DNA from: Octopus sinensis
Lineage: Eukaryota
DNA length: 9,014 bases
Assembly: GCF_006345805.1 (NCBI RefSeq)
Contig: NW_021828110.1
Span: forward strand, 1 to 9,014
Direction: 5' to 3'
Part shown: piece by piece, positions 1-6,865 of the stretch
Layout: each line of letters starts with the position of its first letter
How positions within the stretch are numbered: the first letter of the stretch is position 1
Notes under the pieces: model-generated
What the model was told of the DNA's origin: nothing
The model's database searches: none
What the model saw: only the letters and a program-made list of their open reading frames with translations
Translations under genes and position numbers: made by a program

Positions 1-15
1 ACATACATACATACA

Positions 16-51
<36 letters not shown>

Positions 52-62
52 TACATATATAT
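1..62. repeat. (ACAT)n microsatellite grading into (AT)n
   Basis: Eleven ACAT units at 1-44, then AT dinucleotides; runs off the window start. Confidence 0.97.
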
Positions 63-63
63 G

Positions 64-349
64 AGTTGTTTGTTCCTTCTCGAGCTACGCCTGGCTCATC
101 AGGGTCGGTTTCCCGGTTTCCTTGGCGTATAGGTTCCCCCACCTGGACGGGACGCCGGTCCGTCGCAGGTGAGCTGCAAGACGCAGGAGGAAAGAGTGAG
201 AGAAAGTTATGGGGAAAGAGTGAGCAGAAGTTCGCCATTACCTTCTGTCGGAGCTGTGTGCAGCTTAGGTGTTTCGCTCATAAATACACACATCGCTCGG
301 TTTGAGATTCGAACCCGCTATCCCTCTAACCACTAGGCCATGTACCTCC
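64..349 (-). mobile_element. tRNA-derived SINE, near full length, with an internal deletion in the tRNA head
   Basis: Minus strand reads ggaggtacatggcctagtggttag (A-box-like), then gggttcgaatc (B-box-like), then ttatgagcgaaacacctaagct...aactttctctcactc, which is shared with the copy at 6269. The tail tgcgacggaccggcgtcccgtccagg...gaaggaacaaacaac follows. About 20 nt present in the 6269 copy (cagcggactcgcggtcgga) are missing here. Confidence 0.85.
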
Positions 350-480
350 ACCTATATGTATATATATGAGTATTATTTTAATATTTCACTAAGGCATTGC
401 GATACTAATAAACTCTGTAGAACTCAATATAGGTCTGCCTTTGAACGAAGCGTTGAGTATGTATATATATACAATGTACA

Positions 481-539
481 TATATAATAATATATATATA
501 TAATATATATATATATATTACTATATATTATATATATAT
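481..539. repeat. (TA)n-rich microsatellite
   Basis: Imperfect TA run, read directly. Confidence 0.9.
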
Positions 540-633
540 TTCAACAATTGAGGGCAAAATTAATTAATTATTAATCAATTTCACCAAGTGTTCAGTATGC
601 AAAGGGACCATTCAAGGCGAATTCAATTATTAC

Positions 634-848
634 ATTATATAAAAGGGCTTGAAAATAAATTACTTTGCCGCATACTGAAAACTCATTAGAAATAGCAGCT
701 AAAAAACTTTTTTTAAAGCTATTTCTAATACTTAAAGAAAATTTTCTTTAAGATTTTCTTTAAGTATTAGAAATAGCTTTAAAAAGTTTTTTAGCTGCTA
801 TTTCTAATGATTTCAGTATGCGGCAAGTAATTTATTTTATAAGCCTTT

Positions 849-856
<8 letters not shown>
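634..856. repeat. Fold-back inverted repeat with ~105-bp arms and a palindromic centre
   Basis: 634-742 is the reverse complement of 753-856 apart from about 5 small differences, mostly homopolymer length. 731-752 (cttaaagaaaattttctttaag) is a perfect 22-nt palindrome. attttctttaag is tandemly duplicated at 741-752 and 753-764. Confidence 0.93.
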
Positions 857-901
<45 letters not shown>

Positions 902-1016
902 GTGTGTGTTGTGTGTGTGGTGGTGTGTGGTGGGTGTGTGTGTGTGTATGTATTTAAATATATATATTTATAAGTATTTATATATGTATATGCATATATA
1001 CACAAACACACAGACA

Positions 1017-1080
<64 letters not shown>
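850..1080. repeat. Compound microsatellite (TA)n-(TG)n-AT-rich spacer-(CA)n
   Basis: TA 850-888, TG-rich ~888-947, CA ~1000-1079. Explains ORFs 832-1122, 891-1088 and 968-1228. Confidence 0.95.
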
Positions 1081-1084
<4 letters not shown>

Positions 1085-1170
1085 GTAATCATACATACAG
1101 ATATTTCTGTGTAAATCCCCACTGCCTTTCGTGCTTGTATTGTTAATGTTTTTCACGGTCCTTGCTTGCA

Positions 1171-1299
1171 GAGGTCGACATTGTCTTTCATCGTTTCGGG
1201 ATCGATAAAATAACTGCCAGTCGAGCACTGGGGCTGACGAAATCGATTAGCCCTCTTCCGATATCTCAGGTCTTGTTCCTATAGTGGAAAGGATTATTA
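1171..1299 (+). mobile_element. 5'-truncated tRNA-SINE copy (same family as 1303-1516)
   Basis: gaggtcgacattgtctttcatcgtttcgggatcgataaaataa...cactgggg aligns to the body of the next copy. Tail caggtcttgttcctatagtggaaaggattatt. Confidence 0.8.
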
Positions 1300-1302
1300 C
1301 TT

Positions 1303-1513
1303 AGGGCGGTGAACTGGCAGAACAGTTAGCACCTGGGACAAAATTCTTAGGGGAATTTCTTCCGGCTCACTATGTTCTGAATTCAAATTTCGCTGAGATC
1401 GACTTTGCCTTTCATCCTTTCGGAGTCAGTGAATAAATACCAGTTACGTACTGGGATCGATATAATCGATTAGGCTCTCCTCAAAATTTCAGGCCTTGTG
1501 AGCCTTTAGAAGA

Positions 1514-1516
<3 letters not shown>
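1303..1516 (+). mobile_element. Full-length tRNA-derived SINE with (ATT)n tail
   Basis: Head agggcggtgaactggcagaacagttagc (A-box-like), gaattcaaatttcg (B-box-like), core gactttgcctttcatcctttcggagtc...taccagttacgtactgggatcgat, tail caggccttgtgagcctttagaagaaag running into (TAT)n. Homologous to 5160-5585 on the minus strand. Confidence 0.88.
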
Positions 1517-1586
<70 letters not shown>

Positions 1587-1608
1587 CATTATTATTATTA
1601 TTATTATT
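1517..1608. repeat. (ATT)n microsatellite
   Basis: Near-perfect trinucleotide run. Confidence 0.97.
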
Positions 1609-2053
1609 GAGGAGAGAGCAGTTCATGCCATCAAAGTGACACTGGGGTAAAATATACGAAGCCCAGTATACCCATCATGACTACCCGTCTGATAAGGTAC
1701 ACCAGCACATGCATCACAACCATATGTGCGCGACATGGTGATCTCATATCAAGATAAACAGCACATGACCTTGCAGGTGGAGCCCAGTTAGAATTTTCTT
1801 CAGATCGAGTAACCCATCCCGTCAAAAGGTCCCTGAATAAGGGTTGTTTAAGGACGTTGAACGAACACCCATGTTTCCAGAGGTGAATTATTAAACTCCA
1901 AAGAATCCTTCTCAACACACGGCTATGATGCTCCCCCACTACTTCTGCTCGTGATCAGAGATGCACATATCGTCAGCCACTAAGGGACATGCTCAACTGG
2001 TTAAGGTCAAACAACTGACAAGCAAATCTGTGGTATTGAGCAGAATATTTGCT

Positions 2054-2056
<3 letters not shown>
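1609..2056 (-). mobile_element. Unclassified interspersed repeat, copy 1 (probable non-LTR retroelement 3' part or non-autonomous element with (AAT)n tail)
   Basis: Aligns end to end with 2148-2586 at roughly 90% by eye. On the minus strand it ends ...gaactgctctctcctc followed by (AAT)n. No recognisable ORF, tRNA head or TIR. Orientation is inferred from the tail. Confidence 0.75.
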
Positions 2057-2086
<30 letters not shown>

Positions 2087-2147
2087 TATATTTATTATAT
2101 TTATATTATTATTATTATTATTTATTATTATTATCATTATCATTATT
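2057..2147. repeat. Degenerate (ATT)n microsatellite
   Basis: ATT run with interruptions, lying between the two repeat copies. Confidence 0.95.
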
Positions 2148-2791
<644 letters not shown>

Positions 2792-3559
2792 ATTTGAACA
2801 AAAATAGTGTTCGTTATTGTAAATAAACTCTTCGATTTCACTATCTTTCTAATCTCCACTTCGACCGACTTAACCTCGATTAATTAGTGATTCTTCAAAA
2901 ATGTTTATTTATTAATTCAAATTAGATGCTTCCACATTTTTATCGATTATTTAGTTTAAATTTATTAATTAAGAATTTTAGCAATCGGAGGTAGAGGTGG
3001 TGGTGTTGGCGGTGGAAGATTTGCGACCTTTTGTCATTATTGTTGATACGTTGAGCTCTTCTTCTAACTATACGATGTGTTCCATGACTTTATGGTCTTT
3101 ATGAATTCCTACAGGGAAAATTGGTTTGATTAGCGAACAAACCACAATTCGTTTTAAAATCTCTACTCTGGTAGCTTTAAATTCTTATTCTTGGTGTTTT
3201 GGTTTTGACTTTAATAATTGACTTTATAATTTTTATGATTTACTTTTATAAACTTCAGATTTATTTCTTTAATTAAAACACCCACGTTACTGTCTCCTGA
3301 ATGGTACTTCTTTCTAGTGGAGTACCATCAAATATAATTGTAAAAGTGATGTGCTGTAGTCGAGTTTGAATAAAGTTGGAAATTATGAGAAGTATAAACT
3401 GTTGATTTGGGATCTTTTCCTTGATTCGACTGTTCCGTTTAGTGTGTCCTTGGATATTTGACCTCGACTCATGTTACCTGTTGTTAGGGGTCACTCCCAC
3501 AAAGCACCCATTGACGAAGCTTATCTGTATATCTAAGATTGTCTTTAAGTGTTATTGCA

Positions 3560-3907
3560 TGACAGAGATCAGTTTGTAACATTATGCAACAGGGTACGTA
3601 GCTCGGAGGTCAAGAAATCCCTCCATCACGAGTCGCTACTTCTCTGCATTGAGATGTCTCACTTCCGGAACTACAGAAATGTGATTAACATGTCGCAGGA
3701 AGGAATCGGAGGACGGATTCTTCAGGACGAGACTAAGAACGAGATGGTTGGATATTTAAACAATCTCAATTGGTCACTTTTGGAAATCCAACGGTATTTC
3801 TCATGATAGCTGCTTCTGACAGGACCCTATGAAAGAGGTAAGGGCTCTATCCTCTAAGCCAAGACCCAGCCCCAGAAATAATGGACAGAGAAGATGAATG
3901 AAGGATG
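3560..3907 (+). mobile_element. Decayed 3' end of an RTE-clade LINE (Expander/Rex3-like ORF C-terminus plus short tail)
   Basis: VTLCNRVRSSEVKKSLHHESLLLCIEMSHFRNYRNVINMSQE resembles the RTE C-terminal pattern TLRDRVRSSxIRExLxVEPLLLRIERSQLRWxGHxxRM. A shifted frame gives a GR-x-RTRWLD-like motif (ggacga...acgagatggttggat), then NNLNWSLLEIQ and a RPSP motif. It ends in gaagatgaatgaaggatg, a GATG-like tail. Frameshifts, stops and an internal deletion are present. Confidence 0.8.
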
Positions 3908-3968
3908 TTACCATAAAAAAACCTGGTTAAATTCAGTGAAACATCGTTGCTTTTTATTCAAAGACAAA

Positions 3969-4110
3969 GACGCGTAGTCTAGTTGTTGGGGGTGTTCGGT
4001 CTACGATCATAAGGTTGTGGGATCATTTCCTGGACGGGGCAGCACATTGTATTCTTGAATAAGGTACTTTATTTCACGTTGCGTCGGTCTTCTTAGCTGT
4101 ATATGAGTCT
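3969..4110 (+). mobile_element. Degraded tRNA-derived SINE with CORE-like segment
   Basis: Head gacgcgtagtctagttgtt...aaggttgtgggatcatttcctggacgggg parallels the 6269 head. It is followed by ttgtattcttgaataaggtactttatttcacgttg, which resembles the CORE tgtgnccttgggcaagncactt. The 3' boundary is uncertain. Confidence 0.55.
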
Positions 4111-4211
4111 AGTGCTGGGCATTTCTGTCTCCTTCCATTACACCCTGGGTCAAAGGTGAGGGAACCGAGAGAGTGTATATTTCTGCTTGCAACTACATAA
4201 GTGCTTAAAAT

Positions 4212-4290
4212 TATAGTATATATAAACCATAGTTTATATATAAACTATAGTATATATAAAACTATAGTATATATAAACCATAGTTTATAT
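4212..4290. repeat. AT-rich minisatellite, ~16-18 bp unit, about 5 copies
   Basis: Units tatagtatatataaac and catagtttatatataaac in the order A-B-A-A-B(partial). Confidence 0.85.
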
Positions 4291-4724
4291 TATCAAGTCA
4301 TACTCGCTCGCAAAGGACCGATGACTAATTTTTATTAAAATACTTATTCAAATATTTCATGCACCTAATAAATTCCTGTAAAGTTTGCTGTATTTTCCCA
4401 AATTAATTAAATTTGCTAATGACTTTAATTTAGTCTGGTGATCATGTTGGTTGATGGTTACCAAAAGTTTATTTTAATTTTATTAATCCTACAGATAAGT
4501 CAGTGAAACATCTAAGTCAGTTGTGTGGTTTATATTGTTTATCTAAATTATGATCATCAACCATATAATGAATGGTCATATTTGCGTTACCAATTTGCTT
4601 TTAAAAGCTTTGATATTTTCTACAGAGTAGGATGATTTCTGTGTCATGACTCCTCCATATTGCCGTAAAGCTGTTTTCAGTTTGTTGAACTATGAATTTG
4701 GTACACCGTTGTCAAAACTTTTGC

Positions 4725-5128
4725 CTTTTATCTTTTATTCGTTTCATTCATTTGACGGCGGCCATGCTGGAGTATCGTCTTGAAGAGTATAGTCGAAAAT
4801 TCGATGTCAGTACTTCGTTTTGTTTGAGGTTTCATTTATTATAGCTATCATTTTGTCGAACCACTGTGTTACGGAGACGTAAAATAAAAACAATACCAGT
4901 TGACAAGCGGTGGCGGGGGACAAAAACAAAAACACACACTTAGATACATGGGTAGACACACACACACACACACACATCCATGCACGCACGCTCGCCCGCA
5001 CACACGCATATGTCGGTATGTATACAGCGATCTTCTTTCAGTTTCTCTCTGCCAAATTCACTCACAAGTCTTCGGTCGGCCCGGAGCTATAACAGAAGAC
5101 ATTTGCCCAAGGTTCCACGAATGTAGAG
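4725..5128 (-). mobile_element. CORE-type SINE lacking its tRNA head, with internal (TG)n
   Basis: Minus strand starts gtggaaccttgggcaaatgtcttctgttatagc (CORE-like ccttgggcaa motif), continues ...aaactgaaagaag, a TG-rich tract, ...ttttacgtctccgtaacacagtggttcgac..., and ends ccagcatggccgccgtcaaatgaatgaaacgaataaaagataaaag. Matches a very abundant octopus SINE as I recall it. Confidence 0.78.
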
Positions 5129-5159
5129 ATTTCTTATAACGATATTCCCCGGACATTGA

Positions 5160-5350
5160 TATTGATTTCAAATTTCGTACAAGGCCAGTAATTTAGGAAA
5201 AAAGATTAAATCGATTACATCAACCACAGTGATCAACTCGCACTTATTTAATCGACTATGAAAAGCAAAGTCGACTCCGACGGAATTTGAACTCAGAATG
5301 TAACAACGGACTAAATGACGCTAGGCATTGTGCCCAATGTGGTAATGATT
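5160..5350 (-). mobile_element. Older tRNA-SINE copy (A), missing its first ~18 nt at this position
   Basis: Minus strand aatcattaccacattgggc...ctgagttcaaattccgtcggagtcgactttgc aligns to the neighbouring copy with several CG>CA/TG changes. Tail ...aattactggccttgtacgaaatttgaaatcaat. Confidence 0.82.
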
Positions 5351-5585
5351 CTTATTTCTTTACTGCCCAGAAGGGGCTACACACAGAGGGGACAAACAAG
5401 GACAGACAAACGGATTAAATCTATTATATCGACCCCAGTGCGTAACTGGTACTTAATTTATCGACCCCGAAAGGATGAAAGGCAAAGTCGACCTCGGTGG
5501 AATTTGAACTCAGAACGTAGCGGCAGACGAAATATCGCTTAGTATTTCGCCCGGCGTGCTAACGTTTCTGCCAACTTGCTGCCTT
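5351..5585 (-). mobile_element. Younger full-length tRNA-SINE copy (B)
   Basis: Minus strand aaggcagcaagttggcagaaacgttagcacgccgggcg (A-box-like), gagttcaaattcc (B-box), core gcctttcatcctttcggggtcgataaattaagtaccag, tail gtttgtctgtccttgtttgtcccc...cagtaaagaaataag. The body is CpG-rich. Confidence 0.92.
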
Positions 5586-6268
5586 ATCTGTCTGTCTGTG
5601 TATCTGTCTAAAATGAAACAAATTTTAAGGGACGTCTAAATATAATAAAACACGAAAAAAAATTTATACACATTCGTGTACACTTACAAAAAGAGAGCTG
5701 GAAAAGTGAAGCGGTAGTACATATAGATCTCTCGTTGATATTAATCCAATCAATGTGCAACAAACTTAGGAGAACGTTGTGAAAAACATGTACAGAATAT
5801 ATACAACGAATCATCCACTGCACACAGCGATGTGCACCCTAAACTCTATACATATGCACATTCAACAGCTTTCAATATGCATATGCATAGAGTGGCATGA
5901 AAATATGATGGATGCTGATTCGAGACGTCGGATGGAGTGAATGCTATCTATCTCTTGCATTTAGGTTTTAAATTCAGCGCTTAAATGTAGATAAATAAAA
6001 ATAGTTAAACGGTACTATTTTGATATTTACATTTATTAATGAGACAGTGTGAGTAAGATTGTTTATGATAGAGTTACATAGTTTTATAAATATAATACAA
6101 ACAAAGAGAAGTCTGAATTGAAAAATATGATTAAGACAAAACCGTTACAAAAAAGCTCAATATGCTAAGACCAGACTTTTTTCAAATGTTTTGTTATCAT
6201 TAACGAACAGAGGAGGAACTTGTTGTGCTCCGGTATTCAAGTAGTTTTCAGTATGTATGTATGGCTGT

Positions 6269-6489
6269 GGAGGCGCAATGAATGGCCCAGTGGTATGTCT
6301 GTGTGGAAGGCAGCGGACTCGCGGTCGGAGGATAGCGGTTTCGTATTCCCAGACCGGGCGTTGTGTGTGTTTATTGAGCGAAAACACCTAAAACTCCACG
6401 AGGCTCCCCCAGCAGGGGGGTGGTGGCGACCCCTCTGGTACTCTTTCGCCTCAACTTTCTCTCACTGTTTCTTGAGTAACGCTGCGATG
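6269..6489 (+). mobile_element. 3'-truncated tRNA-derived SINE (same family as 64-349)
   Basis: ggaggcgcaatg(aatg)gcccagtggt head with a short insertion, ggtttcgtattccc B-box-like motif, shared ttattgagcgaaaacacctaa and aactttctctcact. It stops at gctgcgatg, where the other copy continues ctgcgacggaccggcg. Confidence 0.85.
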
Positions 6490-6604
6490 TTTTTGTTAAA
6501 TATTGATGTTGTTTTTGTTTCTGTTGAATAAAATTTTTTGAAAACAGCTGCAATAATTATGCACCAACCCCAATATATGTATGTATATATATATATATAT
6601 ATAT

Positions 6605-6791
6605 GTAGGTCCCGGGTTGAGTCGGGGTTAACCACAGTAAATAAGGTACTCAATACATAGCAGAGTAAAGTAATTTATTTTATAGAAGGAGCTTCTACAG
6701 GACTAGAACTGTTTCATTCAGATGAAATCTTCAGCTTCCTGAAGATTTCATCTGAATGAAACAGTTCTAGTCCTGTAGAAGCTCCTTCTAT
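6605..6791. mobile_element. Putative Penelope-like pseudo-LTR fragment in inverted (head-to-head) arrangement
   Basis: Perfect 53-bp inverted repeat, 6682-6734 versus 6739-6791, with a 4-nt spacer (cttc). It contains a hammerhead core, and an AATAAA follows on the minus strand (6674-6679). (TA)n flanks both sides. The PLE assignment is inferred from the known hammerhead plus inverted pLTR architecture; no RT or GIY-YIG sequence is present. Confidence 0.6.
6733..6783 (+). ncRNA. Type I hammerhead ribozyme motif
   Basis: Stem I AGCTTC(6733-38)/GAAGCT(6778-83); core CTGAAGA (6739-45); stem II T.T mismatch plus TTC/GAA with loop ATCT (6746-57); GAAA (6758-61); stem III ACAG(6761-64)/CTGT(6773-76) with loop TTCTAGTC; cleavage triplet GTA (6775-77). 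Confidence 0.78.
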
Positions 6792-6862
6792 TATATATAT
6801 ATATAATATATATATATATACGTGTATGTATGTGTGTGTTTGTATGTGTGTGTTTGTGTGCG
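6792..6862. repeat. (TA)n then (TG/TATG)n microsatellite
   Basis: Read directly. Confidence 0.92.
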
Positions 6863-6865
6863 TAA

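Noticed and set aside
75-135. CTGATGA on the minus strand in the SINE tail, with nearby GAAAC
   Set aside because: The downstream sequence is GAGAAG rather than GAAA, and the upstream GAAAC has no NUH site or stem III; no hammerhead topology fits.
66-487. ORFs 66-305 and 302-487
   Set aside because: Antisense readings of the SINE at 64-349 and AT-rich flank; no protein motif.
652-666. Exact 15-mer aaaataaattacttt shared with the reverse complement of 6667-6681 in the other fold-back
   Set aside because: Very AT-rich, a 12-nt core recurs in unrelated sequence near 7167, and the match does not extend. Not enough to call the two families related.
576-695. Two hammerhead-like strings, gcataCTGAACActtggtGAAAt (minus, 600-578) and gcataCTGAAAActcattaGAAAt (plus, from 670), forming a short imperfect inverted pair
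   Set aside because: G8 is absent in both, and I could not build stem I or a valid NUH site. At most these are dead relics; the family consensus would be needed.
832-1228. ORFs with CV/HT/YI repeats, and (TG)n facing (CA)n as a possible hairpin
   Set aside because: Direct translations of microsatellites. TG/CA complementarity is expected wherever both tracts are abundant.
1940-1990. CTGAYGA on the minus strand in both (AAT)-tailed repeat copies
   Set aside because: No GAAA core or pairing stems; the C/T variation is explained by CpG decay.
3298-3330. Short hairpin atggtact...agtaccat
   Set aside because: An 8-10 bp stem with no associated Helitron or terminator context; compatible with chance.
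3549-3806. ORF as an intact gene
   Set aside because: It is a frameshifted and deleted RTE C-terminal fragment with no RT domain upstream.
4600-4720. Acceptor-like ttttctacag at 4616-4625
   Set aside because: All three frames stop within 8 codons and no convincing donor follows.
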